Positions 11,766 to 22,942 of a stretch of DNA of 64,000 bases are shown here, one piece after another; within the stretch, counting starts at the first letter, position 1, and each line of letters begins with the position of its first letter. Where the stretch lies: contig NC_135667.1 of assembly GCF_964188315.1 (NCBI RefSeq), forward strand, positions 10,168,001 to 10,232,000, in the 5' to 3' direction. The notes under the pieces were generated by a model. It was not told the origin of the DNA. It searched no databases and was given only the letters and a program-made list of their open reading frames with translations. This DNA comes from Podarcis muralis. Lineage: Eukaryota. The translations under genes and the position numbers were made by a program.

Positions 11766-12160
11766 TTTAATTGTCTCATTTGTTTCTAATGGCTTTTGGG
11801 TCATGCAATTCCCCCTGTCTAATTAAACAGCGCCTTTAATTAGAGCCCTCCCCGGTGTCTAGTTAGGCAAGGCCTTGGGAGCGGCACCAGTGTTTGAATG
11901 CTTAAGGAGAGAATTCAAAGCCCCGTGCAATTTATGGCACAGCCGAAATGGAGGCGAGCCAAAGTCAAATCAAACAGTTTGAACTCCTGCCGTTCCCTCC
12001 AGGCCAATTACAGCATTAACAGGTAACAATAGGTCTATTTGAGAGGCAGCTGCGTGGTTCCTAGGCTTCGCGCACTCTCTGCAAGCATGCAGTGGGTTTA
12101 ATGTTCCGATTACACCAATCGGGGAGGTCACACGATTGACTTCATTAGCGCGGCAACCTC
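11766..12160. promoter_or_regulatory. Candidate OR-cluster enhancer (homeodomain-site cluster)
   Basis: TTTAATTG 11766, CTAATGG 11786, CTAATTAA 11819, TTTAATTAG 11835, CAATTA 12005, TTTAATG 12097, TCATTA (TAATGA on minus) 12142. About 15 CpGs and no recognisable repeat hallmarks. No perfect O/E (TCCCNNGGGA) site seen. Confidence 0.4.
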
Positions 12161-12318
12161 ACGGAATTCCTTTCCCCTGTGGGTTTCGCTCTCCAATGAA
12201 ATGAGCAAATGCTAAGCAGATGCTGAGGACAGGGGAAAGGGTATCGTGTAACATTTCTGAAGCAAATGGACTAGGGAGCCATGCTGGGGAATGAAAAACA
12301 AATGCCTTTGCTTCTCTT

Positions 12319-12978
12319 TGTGATAGGAATTTTATGGTCTTAGATATATGGTAATGTTCATAAGTGTACCAACCAAGCACATACATAGATCAGCACAGGA
12401 AGGCCAACCTGGAACCATTGATTCCTAAACCGAGCAAATGTTTTCTCTGCAAGGTCAAACTGGAAAAGCCTCCCCATTGTCTTTTCCTTCACAAATCCTG
12501 TCTTAAGGGTATGTCTGTGTTTGAATAGGGTGTGAGCCTGTGACATGGCCCAGAAACTAAGTATTTATCACTACAAAAGAACGGCCAGGCTCCCCAGGCA
12601 ATCCAATCAAGTAACCCGCCAGACAGGAGATAAACAACAACAGGAGAAAAACAATATTCAAATTTCTGTTTTAGACCGCCTTTTCTGTGATGTAGGTGTG
12701 ATGTATCTGAGGGGTGGTCTTAGGTTACACCCCTTTTGTGATGTATGTTTGATGTTTCTGGGGGTGGTCTTGATCTACAGGGTGGAAATTTCAAAAGTCT
12801 TTATAAGGCCTTGCACACCATTTTTCTGGGTCCCTCCTCTCTCCTGCAGGTTAGGGGAGCACCCTGTTGCAACAGATCAATAAAGGCCAAGCCTACAGGC
12901 TGCTGTTTTGCCACAAGTAATCCTGGTTGGTGTCTTTGTTTTTTTGTCCAAGGGAGCCCTCGGATTTTTCCGTTAACA
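12319..12978 (+). mobile_element. Probable solo LTR
   Basis: TG...CA ends, 4-bp TSD tctt, TATA-like ctttataagg, AATAAA at about 12878, and an internal roughly 51-bp direct repeat. Confidence 0.6.
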
Positions 12979-14132
12979 TCTTGGAAATGCTGCTGGCTCA
13001 GTAGTTCAGTGGTAGGGCCTCTGCCTTGTATGCAGGAGGTCACAGGTTCGATCCCCTGTGGGAAGGGCTGGGAGAGGTCCCCCCCTCAAACTCTGGAAAG
13101 TCTCTCCCAGAGAAGATACTGAGCGAGGTGAACCAGTGGTCTGACTCAGTGTACGGCAGCATCATGTGTTCCCATGTGCTGGCATGCTTAAGGGATAAAA
13201 CTAGTGAGGAAACAGGAAATAGAAATATTCCAAGATAAGAGCATTGGATAAACCCTGGTGGATCAAGCCAATCGACTAGTCTAGCAACATCTTCTCTCAG
13301 CAAGCCAACCAAATGACTATGGGAAGCCTGCAAGCAGAAACTGATCACAATACCACTCTCGCCACCTTTGATTCTCTGCAACTGCCAATCAGGGGCATCT
13401 GACAATGGAGTCAGGGGCTTCTTACCCATAGACGTTAGTTGCGCGGGGCGCCAGATTTTGGAGGGCACCACAGGCTGAGTGTCTGGGAAGGAGTATCAGG
13501 GCGCGCTCCCTTCTCCACTCTGGGGCGGCCCACTCCTCTCCTCTCAGGGTACTTCCTGGCATGCCCTCCCACCGGGGCTGCCTGGGTGCCTGATGGGCGT
13601 GATCAGGGGTGGGCACAGGGCGCCCCTCTCTGGCCACGTCGCTGCCTGTGTGCCTCCCTGTGGAGTCTGCGAGCAGAGTGGGGAAGTGTCCTGTGCGACC
13701 CTGGCGCTGAACGAGGATGGCACAGCTGGCAAGCCACCTGATCTGCATCTTACGTGCAGCGCCGAGTGTGCATCGGACCACACGATGTAAACGAGCCAGA
13801 CAGAAGTCCCCCCCCTTAAAAAACTCTGGGAAACGGGGGGGGGGGGCAGAGAGATATTTGCCCTGTATGGAGTAGACCATTGTGGTTAGGAGCCATTGAT
13901 AGCTTTATCCTCCATGTCTAATTCTCCTTTAAAACCATTTAAGTTGGTGGCCATTGCTACCTGTCTGAAGAAGGCAGGGTCAACCCATCCACGAGGCACA
14001 CAGGGATGGCTGTAGACAGGATTTCTGATTCAAAGAGAGTTGGGACAGGATTACCTTCGGGGTCCCTTCCAACCCCACAAATCTATGATCCTCACAGGCC
14101 TCTTGTGAGATCTCACCAGAACCTGGACGCTG

Positions 14133-14645
14133 CTGTTACAGATAGGTAGCCGTGTTGGTCTGCCATAGTCAAAACAAAACAAAAATTCCTTCCAGTAGCA
14201 CCTTAAAGACCAACTAAGTTAGTTCTTGGTATGAGCTTTCGTGTGCATGCACACTTCTTCAGATACACTGAAACAGAAGTTGCCAGATCCTTCTATATAG
14301 TGAGAAGGTGGGAAGGGGTTTTACTCAGAAGGGTGGTGGGAATGGGTGATTGGCAGATAGCTGTGATGAGCCTGTTGACGACTCTTAACGACTGCAATAG
14401 GTCTTACAGGAAAAAGCAAGGGGTGAGAAGGTGAAAAATGGCTTTGTCATGTATAATGAGCTAAGAATCCAATGTCTTTGTTCAGACCAGGTCTCTCCAT
14501 GGTTTTAAATTTGGTAATGAGTTGCAATTCAGCAGCTTCTCTTTCCAGTCTATTTCTGAAATTCCTTTGTAGTAAAACAGCTACTTTGAGATCTTGTATA
14601 GAATGTCCTGGGAGATTGAAGTGTTCTCCTACTGGTTTCTCTGTC
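14133..14645 (-). mobile_element. Penelope-like element fragment (GIY-YIG endonuclease end)
   Basis: Minus strand reads EKPVGEHFNLPGHSIQDLKVAVLLQRNFRNRLEREAAELQLITKF. Confidence 0.8.
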
Positions 14646-15148
14646 TTGCTAATTTCTGCCTCTGGTCATGCCTCCCACTTGCGTGGGTCCCAAACAAGGT
14701 TGCACAAAAGGGGCTGTGGCCCTGTTATTGGAACCAAATCCAGAACACTGTCCCTCCCAAGCCAGTAAAGAAACCGCAGGCGGAAAGCAAAAAGAGTTTA
14801 CTCAAGGCTGTAGCAGTGAGTCTTGGCAAGATATCTCCAAAAGACTGAGTGTAGAGCACACAAAGCACAAAGCATTTATACAATTGTAGCAAGCACACAG
14901 TTGCATGATTTCCTGAGTCACTTGTGGCTAGGAATGCATACTTAAGTCAGGTATTCATCTACTTGGCTACAGAAAAGTTACTTCCTGACCCTCCCTTATC
15001 TCGAGCTCAGGTGTAACTGGGCTTGTAGCTCCAAATGTGGGGACATCTTGCAGTTCTGACAGTGGGAACATGGTTCTGCAGACTCAACACTGTTGTGCTC
15101 CTAAACTTGTGCAGAGCCTATTCGCCCTGTGGAATCTGATCTCCCAAA

Positions 15149-15388
15149 CTATCGTTCCTGAGAAGCGGCATGCCTGTCGAACAATTTCCTCAATGCCCTT
15201 TCCACTTCCTTATTCCTCAGTGTGTATATGAATGGGTTCAACATGGGAGTGATCATGGTTTGGAACACAGCCAGTGCTCCATAGGTGGAGGCACTTGAAG
15301 ATGGATGTAAATATATAAAGACTGGAGGCGCATACTGGAGCAGCACCACAGTAAGGTGAGCACTGCAAGTGGAGAAGGCCCGCCGCCT
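15149..15388 (-). pseudogene. Olfactory receptor 3' fragment (TM6-TM7 and tail), paralogue of the OR10S1-like gene
   Basis: RRRAFSTCSAHLTVVLLQYAPPVFIYLHP...TPMLNPFIYTLRNKEVERALRKLFDRHAASQER*. Upstream it joins directly to sequence matching 19737 onward. Confidence 0.92.
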
Positions 15389-16625
15389 CTTCTCTCCTGC
15401 AGCTCCCAGCAACTGGAATTCAGGAAGAGATATTGTTAGGAGAACCTGACCTCCAGCATTGTTTAGGTATTGAACCATCATCTAGAGAGCTTCCCAGAAG
15501 GAGAACACATGCATATCTTAATAGAAGCATAGCTTTTGCATTCAGGTACACTCACCTCCTGTAAAGCTGCAGTGCTATGATGAATGTAGGCATTGTTTTC
15601 AATGTGGAACAGTTCCTGAGTGTCCACTAGTCTATATACTTGTACAGTCCAAACCACAGGGGGAAGGATACGCTCCATAGGGGGCTGAGAGGCCTTTGGC
15701 TGGTGCCCAGGGGATATCAGGAATGCTCCCTCCTTCGCTGGGTAGCCCCAATAACAGTAAGACAGGGAGGAAAACTACCATTTCAGTGGGAGCGGTTGAT
15801 GCCGAAGGTTTCACTGACTCATCATAATATTTTTTTTAGCCATAGGAAACTAATGGGCAAGGAGAAAGTCTAGCCAGCAACTTTCTCCCTGACTCAATCC
15901 ATGTGCATGGAGCTCTTCGTGGGGCTGAGTAGTGGCAGACCTTGGCACCTCAAATTTCAGCAGCACTCTGTGTGATGCCAAAATTCTGTGTGCCCCTCCC
16001 CCACCTCTTCCCTTCCATTCTACATCATAGTTGTGGCGCTCGCAAGGTTCTGTTGCCCAGTTCGAAAAACCGGTCATGTTTCCTGAAACCCATGTCTGGG
16101 CTGAGGAGCATTCAGCATTTGTTCCCCTTCCTCTCAGTTTGAAATGATACAGCCTTGAAATGAGAGGACGTGGTTTGGTTATATCCAGAACTGTGCTTAG
16201 CAAAACTGCTTGCCCCGCTCCCGCCCCCAACCAAGAACAATGGAACTTGCTGTTGGTTTTCCGAAGACCGGTTTTGAAATCTCAAAATTCCACAGTGCTC
16301 CTTATGTGAGGCTCTTAATTTATAAAGCCCTGTGCAAGTTGGGTCCAGGATAGGTTAAGAACTCCCTGAGCTCTTATCTCCCTGCCTTGAGATTACCCAG
16401 AGGGCATGGCTGTCATTCCTTACGCTACAGTGGCCCAGCTGGCTTCAATCAGAAGTCGGATATGTAGCCCTCATTTGCACTATACATTTAAAGAGATATC
16501 AAAGCACTTTAAACAGCCATGGCTTCGCCCAAAGAATCATGGGAATTCTGCTTTATTGAAGGTGCTGAGCATTGTTAGAAGACCCTTATTGCCCTCAGAG
16601 AGCTACCATTCCCAGAGTGCTTTAG

Positions 16626-16864
16626 TAGTTTGGATTTGATTTCCCGCTTTATCACTACCAGAAGGAGTCTCAAAGCGGCTAACATTCTCCTTTCCCTTCC
16701 TCCCCCACAACAAACACTTTGTGAGGTGAGTGGGGCTGAGAGACCTCAGAAAAGTGTGGCTAGCCCAAGGTCACCCAGCAGCTGCATGTGGAGGAGTGGG
16801 GACGTGAACCTGGTTCCCCAGATTACGAGACTACCGCTCTTAACCACTACACCACACTAGCTCT
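16626..16864 (-). mobile_element. MIR/Ther1-derived CORE SINE (Squam3-like)
   Basis: tRNA head gtgtggtgtagtggttaagagcgg and CORE gggtgaccttgggctag. Confidence 0.8.
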
Positions 16865-17595
16865 TTAACACTCAATTCCTCAATCCCTCTTCTCATGGAC
16901 TGCTGAGGATTGTAACTGGGAGAGTTCCTTGAGGAACTAGAGTTCACAGGATTCTTTGGAGGAAGGCAAGGCAGTTTAAAGTGATATCATACTGCTTGAA
17001 ATGTATAGTGCAGATTGAACTGGCGGCCATTGGATGAAGGAATCAAACTCAGACTATGTATCTCTCTATATATCTCAAATCGGAACAGAGTGGAAAGCAG
17101 GAAAGTGTTATAAATTAGGTGTCATGCAGGACTAAACAAGCTAGGATGCATATCCAAACAAGTGACACACACTCTGTTAAGTATAATTGTTTAATTCACA
17201 CTGAAATAGAGATTGCTTGTATGTATATTACTAAAGGTTTAACATTAGAAAATTCCATTGGAGTAAAGAGAAGGCATACCACAGCTAAGAGTAAGAACAT
17301 TCAAATCACTCACTACTATATTGTATGAAAGTTGGACCGCTCCAGTTCTGTCGCTCTATGTGTTTTTGCTTCTGGTCATGCCACCACTGGTATGTGTCCC
17401 TAAGAGGTTTTCACAGATGGGACTGTGGCCCTCATGTTGAAAATGGTTCCCCAACCCCTCTTCTATCCCGGTCCAATAAATCTGCTCCTAAATTTGTACA
17501 GAGCTTATCTGCCCTGTGGAATCTGACTGCCCAAACTATCGTTCCTGAGAAGCAATATGTCTCTTGAATGATTTCCTCAACGCTCTTTTCACTTC

Positions 17596-18477
17596 CTATT
17601 TCCGCAATGTGTATATGAATGGGTTCAACATAGGAGTGATGATGGTGTAGAAAACAGCCAGAGTCCCATAGGTGGAGGCACTTGAAGATGGACGCAAGTA
17701 TATAAAGACTGGAGGTCCGTAGTAGAGCAGCACCACTGTAAGGTGAGCACTGCAAGTGGAGAAGGCCCGCCGCCTTCCCTCCGTTGTTTGGATTTTCAAA
17801 ATGGCAGATGTGATGTAGGCATAGGAGATACATATGAGCACAAAGCAGCCGGCAGCCACGGCACCAATGTTGGCCAGTATGACGGCATGGTTCACAGCTG
17901 TGTCGGCACAGGCTAATTTGAGCACTGGTGGGATGTCACAAAAGAAGTAGTCCACTTGGTTGGGACCACAGTAGGGCAGACGGAACGTCAGGCTGGTATG
18001 GATAGCGGCATGAAAGGAACCAGTGAGCCAGGTCCCAGCTGTGAGACCAGAGCAGACCCTCCTGTTCATGAGTGTACTGTAGTTCAGCGGGCGGCAGATG
18101 GCAAGGTAGCGGTCATAAGCCATGACGGTGTAAAGGAAGCACTCGGTGCTTGCCAAAAAGTGGAAGGTATAGAGCTGGATGATGCAGCCTCCAAAGGAGA
18201 TGGTTCTGTAGCTGGACCTTATGAAGCCCATCAAGACTTTGGGCACTGTGACAGAGGAGAGACAGGTGTCTAGGAAGGAGAGGTGGCAGAGGAAGAAGTA
18301 CATGGGGAGACTATGGAGCTGGGGTTCAAACAAGATGGTGATCAGGATGAGGAGGTTCCCCATCACAGTCAGCATGTAGATGGCCAAGAAGATGAAGAAG
18401 AATAGAAGGGGGAGTTCGGCTGTGTTTGGCAACCCCTGCAGGATGAAGACCTTCACAGTTTGGTTGGCAGGGTCCAT
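17596..18477 (-). CDS. OR10S1-like: Olfactory receptor, OR10S1-like, 293 aa; premature stop removes the C-terminal tail
   Basis: Starts MDPANQTV. Motifs PMYFFLCHLS, MAYDRYLAIC, AFSTCSAHL, PMLNPFIYTLR. Diagnostic HFLASTECFLY, HAAIHTSLTFRL and IGAVAAGC resemble mammalian OR10S1 (from memory). TAG at 17598-17596, and the frame continues to the ancestral stop at 17538-17536. Confidence 0.9.
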   Translation of the reverse strand: MDPANQTVKVFILQGLPNTAELPLLFFFIFLAIYMLTVMGNLLILITILFEPQLHSLPMYFFLCHLSFLDTCLSSVTVPKVLMGFIRSSYRTISFGGCIIQLYTFHFLASTECFLYTVMAYDRYLAICRPLNYSTLMNRRVCSGLTAGTWLTGSFHAAIHTSLTFRLPYCGPNQVDYFFCDIPPVLKLACADTAVNHAVILANIGAVAAGCFVLICISYAYITSAILKIQTTEGRRRAFSTCSAHLTVVLLYYGPPVFIYLRPSSSASTYGTLAVFYTIITPMLNPFIYTLRK

Positions 18478-18618
18478 CTGATAGTACAGGAGGCAAGGAA
18501 CAAAGTGAGTAATCTGAACCGAAGGGCAAGACAAGATCAAAGGATAACCAAAGGATGTGAGAACATGCACGTTGCAACATGCAGTTCAGTGGCTCACCAC
18601 AAGGGGTAGTTACATATA

Positions 18619-18847
18619 CAGTGGTACCTCGGGTTAAGTACTTAATTCGTTCCAGAGGTCCATACTTGGTAACCTGAAACTGTTCTTAACCTGAAGCACT
18701 ACTTTAGCTAATGGGGCCTCCTGCTGCTGTCACGCCGCCAGAGCCCAATTTCTGTTCCTATCCTGAAGCAAAGTTCTAAACCTGAAGCACTATTTCTGGC
18801 TTAGTGGAGTGTGTAACCTGAAGCGTATGTAACCCGAGGTACCACTG
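18619..18847 (+). mobile_element. Tigger-like MITE
   Basis: Same TIRs, TA TSD. Confidence 0.92.
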
Positions 18848-18936
18848 TATACACAAAGGTTGGCAGTATGAGCCCTGCAGCTCCTAACAGGAAGAAAAGT
18901 AATTTAAGCATTCAAATGATGAAAGAAAATAATAAT

Positions 18937-19085
18937 NNNNNNNNNNNNNNNNNNNNNNNNNNNNNNNNNNNNNNNNNNNNNNNNNNNNNNNNNNNNNNNN
19001 NNNNNNNNNNNNNNNNNNNNNNNNNNNNNNNNNNNNNNNNNNNNNNNNNNNNNNNNNNNNNNNNNNNNNNNNNNNNNNNNNNNNN
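18937..19085. other. Assembly gap (149 N)
   Basis: Run of N next to an AAT repeat. Confidence 1.
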
Positions 19086-19901
19086 GCCATAGGTATTTAT
19101 TGCTAACCCTGATAACTATGTTCCACCTTCACTGTTGGAGGAAGGATGCTTCTGAATTCCACTTGCTTGAAATCGCAAGTAGGGAAAAGTGCTGCTGCAT
19201 GGAAGTCCTTGCTTCCTAAGCTTCTCTTAGGCATCTACTAACTTGGCCACCATCATATCAGGATGCAGGACTAGAATTTGACATTTGGCTATTTTTACAA
19301 AAACAACGAAACCTCAAACTCAAAATTTAAAAGAAGATGTCACGTTTTCTTGATGGATATTAAAGCGTTGAGGTTTAAAAGTAAACTTCCTGAATTTCCA
19401 GGAATTTCCCTAAATTTCATCAGTGTTTTATAACGTTGTAAAAGAAAAGCCAATTTTAGAAGAATTAAATTCTCTGAAGTTTTGGAGGGGGACACTTTCC
19501 TCGCTTTGTCACAGCTGCTTTTTACAGATCTCGGTCTGCAAGCTTCCAGCATATTTTCCGGACAAGCATACAATGGGAACAAGCATTGCTTTCTACTGAA
19601 CTAGCTTGCTGCTAGTCTGGATTCGTTTTAATTTTTAAAAATCATTTTAAAACATAAGAACATCCAAAGGCCTATCTGGTCCAGCATTCTGTTCTTACAG
19701 TCAACTGGAGGCCTATGAGACCTGAGTGCAGCAGCACTCTTCTCTCCTGTAGCTTCCAGCAACTGAAATTCAGAAAGAGATGTTCTAGCAGAACCTGCTC
19801 CCCAATGCTGTTTAAGGAATGAACCACCAGCTAGAGAGCTTCCGAGAAGGATATGTGCATATCTTAATAGAAGCATAACTTTTGCATTCAGATATTCTCA
19901 C

Positions 19902-20090
19902 CTCCTGTAAACCTGCAGTGTGAAGATGAATATAGACATTGTTTTCAGTGTGGCACAGTTCTTGAGTGTCCACCAGTCTATATACTTGCACAGTCCAAGC
20001 CACAGCCTTCTAGGGGAAGGATACACTCCATGGGGGCCTGAGAGGGCCTTGGGTGATGCCCAGGGAGTATCAGGGATGGTCCCACCATTA
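19902..20090 (-). other. Putative non-coding 5' exon of the OR10S1-like gene
   Basis: Donor GAG|GTGAG at 19901 is conserved in the paralogous block (15555). Candidate acceptor cccttcggttcag| at 18514 lies just upstream of the OR ATG. The 5' boundary is approximate. Confidence 0.4.
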
Positions 20091-20514
20091 CGGGGGCAAT
20101 CTTGTCGCTCTCTTCCTTTCGCCCAACGCGACTGACACAGCAACATTGTGCTGCTGATATCGGCAAGGGCATAACCAGCTAGGACAAATATAACAGTTTC
20201 CTCTGGGTATTCTAGCAGGATTACTTCATTAATTTCCCCTGTTGAGAGACAAAAGCTTCCTTTTCCTAGCAAACACAGGGGAGGGATAACTTTTACATAG
20301 CAAAAGCTACATTCCCTCTGGGTTTACAGGGGCCATACTCCAGTTGTAGGTGGGGCCAGAGGCAAAAGTAGACACAGCTAAGGATGTGAGTTTTACCTTT
20401 GTATAATAAGTTAATTTCTACACATGCTTGTATGCCTCTCTGTATCCTATTAGGCTGCCTGACGTTATGATTTTTTATTATGTTTTAATCATTGATGCTC
20501 TGTAATGTGTTTTT

Positions 20515-20871
20515 GGGATGCAGGTGGCGCTGTGGGTTAAACCACAGAGGCTAGGACTTACTGATCAGAAGGTCGGTGGTTCAAATCCCCGCGACAGGGT
20601 GAGCGCCCGTTGCTTGGTCCCTGCTCCTGCCAACCTAGCAGTTCAAAAGCACGTCAAAGTGCAAGTAGATAAATAGGTACCACTGCAGTGGGAAGGTAAA
20701 TGGCGTTTCCGTGCGCTGCCCTGGTTCTCCAGAAGCGGCTTAGTCATGCTGGCCACATGACCTGGAAGCTGTACACTGGCTCCCTCAGCCAATAAAGCGA
20801 GATGAACGCCGCAACCCCAGAGTCGGTCACAACTGGACCTAATGGTCAGGGGTCCCTTTACCTTTACCTTT
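20515..20871 (+). mobile_element. Sauria SINE, full length
   Basis: TSD taatgtgttttt at 20503 and 20872; (ACCTTT)n tail. Confidence 0.95.
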
Positions 20872-21830
20872 TAATGTGTTTTTAATGTGGTACACTGCCC
20901 TAGGATCTTCTGATAAAGGGTGAAATATAAATTGTAAGCATCATCATCATCAACATCATGCTTAAGCCATGAAGACACAACGATAGACTCCAACTTTGAT
21001 GACTTTAGATTAGAGAGATTCATGGAGGATAAGGTTATCAGTGGTCACAAACCCTGATGGCTATGTTTTATCTCCACTGTATGAGTCTTAATTCCAGCTG
21101 CTGGAAAGTACAGGAGGGAAAAATGATGTTGCACTCAGGCCCTCCTTGAAAACTTCCCATGGGCATCTGGGTGGCCACTGTGAGAACAGGATGCTGGGCT
21201 AGATGAAACTGTGCCTGAACCAGCAGGGCTCTCATTCTATTCTCCATTCAGGCAAGCAAGGAGCATTGTCAGAGCTCCCTGTCACATTCCAGCCAGGCAA
21301 GAGGAGAGTATGAAGCAGGGCTGATCAGGGGTGTGGCTTGGGAAAGGGGGTGTGGCCTAGACACATGGGCAGAGGAGGGAGGGAAGACACCCACCTGTCC
21401 TGTTCCAGAACTGAACTACCTGCAACACGATTGGTCAGTTCACGGAAGCCACACCTATCACTCAGTCTGATTGCCAGTTGCATTGCTAGAATGCGCTACA
21501 ATGTGACCCCAGTGAGCATCTCAGTTTCAAATATTCTGATTATTTCTACTTTTAGTAGAAATTTTATTTACTTGAAATTTTATTTTATTTACTTGATTTA
21601 AGGGGGCAGAGGATTGCATTTGGTCCTCGGTCTCGAGGTTGCCACCCCTACTATAACATTTACCAGGGAGTAAGTCCTTACTCCTCTACCACCACCTCCA
21701 CACACCCCTTCATTTGTCCTGCTTTGCACATTGAGTTTTTTGCCTAGTGGGAATGTGTCATCAGACTCTTATAGTGCCATCTTGCTTCTCTGGATGAATC
21801 CATTCATCTTGCTTCCCTGGATGGATAAAT

Positions 21831-21868
<38 letters not shown>

Positions 21869-22425
21869 AAAGCTTGCTGTATAAGACTAAAATTTACGTG
21901 CGTTGCTCCGCTGACTCTGGTCAGTCGCCCAAAGGAGTTGCAGCCAGGTGGGGGGGAGGGGTGATGAAGAAGCCAAAGCAAATTGGTTCAGCCTGCCTGA
22001 GGATTTTATATCTTCCTGCCACCCCAAGTTAAGAGCATAGATAGCCTTGTGTTGCTGCAGTTGTACAGCTTGAGCAGGTGAGAACTTGGTGAGAAAAGTT
22101 TGTTGAGTTCTGCCATGGCTGGTGCTTATTCCCATCAGAAGCGTGAATCTTGGAAGGCCGTCTCCCTGCCATGCAGCCCCTTTCCACTTGGCCTGGGAGC
22201 ACAGGGCCCTGATTGACTTCAGCTACAGAACCCGAGGCTGTTAAACGGACTCTTGGGCTGGGGTATTTTTTATGGGTTTTGTTGGGGAGGTTGTTGCTGT
22301 TATTGTTATACCAAAAAAAAAATCTTTAGATCTTATTATGTGGAAATTGTTTAATTTTGTTGTGTATTTTTGTGTATTTTGTAACTAGTTTTGTTATGTC
22401 AGAATTGTGTGGGTTTTTTCCTAGT

Positions 22426-22553
22426 TGTAAGCTGCCTTGAGCATGGTTTCAACTATGGAAAGGTGGCATACAAACAAAATTACATATATACATACATGAC
22501 TTTATATGTATGCCACCTTTGCACAGTTAAAACCATGCTCAAGGCAACTTACA
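22426..22553. repeat. Inverted repeat (47-bp arms, 34-nt loop) made of L2-like 3' tails
   Basis: 22426-22472 versus the reverse complement of 22507-22553: 43/47 identical. Looser pairing extends to about 22383/22595. Confidence 0.9.
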
Positions 22554-22942
22554 TTTTTAAAAAAATGCATAACTACAACATAACAAAAGTAGTCATAAAC
22601 ATTTAAAAAATACCCAACGAAATAGAACAATTTCCATATAAATCACAACAAGATCTAGAATAAAGATACAGAAAAACCAACAGCACCCCCACAACAAACC
22701 CCAGCCCCATATGTATGGGGAAGTTGATTCATCCCACATTCCCTTTCCCGTATGCCCACCTTTAAGAAAACTGATTAGCTAGAAACATTCTTTAGATCAC
22801 CCAAGATTCTTGTTCACCACAGACACCATTGGAAAATGAACACATTTCTATTATGCACCAACATAGTATAAGATAGCATTCCCCATATTGTCTGAGTGAA
22901 CACAGCTAATGGCCAGTGAAATCCTATTAGCTGCCCAGGTAA

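Noticed and set aside
13439-13880. GC-rich multi-frame ORFs (also 10836-11346, 49232-49689, 50818-51249)
   Set aside because: Low stop density in GC-rich repeat-like DNA, with no protein motifs.
16292-16330. Additional CACAGTG/CACTGTG heptamers (also 6850, 10795, 21176, 33192)
   Set aside because: No nonamer at 12 or 23 spacing, and several lie inside SINEs or MITEs.
17956-18273. Plus-strand ORFs overlapping ORs (also 23150-23659, 30370-30897, 34579-35466)
   Set aside because: Antisense shadows of OR coding sequence with no independent features.
18478-18570. 31-aa N-terminal extension of the OR ORF (MHVLTSFG...)
   Set aside because: It spans a splice-acceptor region. The conserved OR start with the N-glycosylation sequon (MDPANQT) is at 18477.
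19898-20272. ORF with weak resemblance to an OR N-terminus (NEVILLEYP)
   Set aside because: No GN, PMY or MAYDRY motifs, and the reading frame is not conserved in the paralogous 15632-15814 block.
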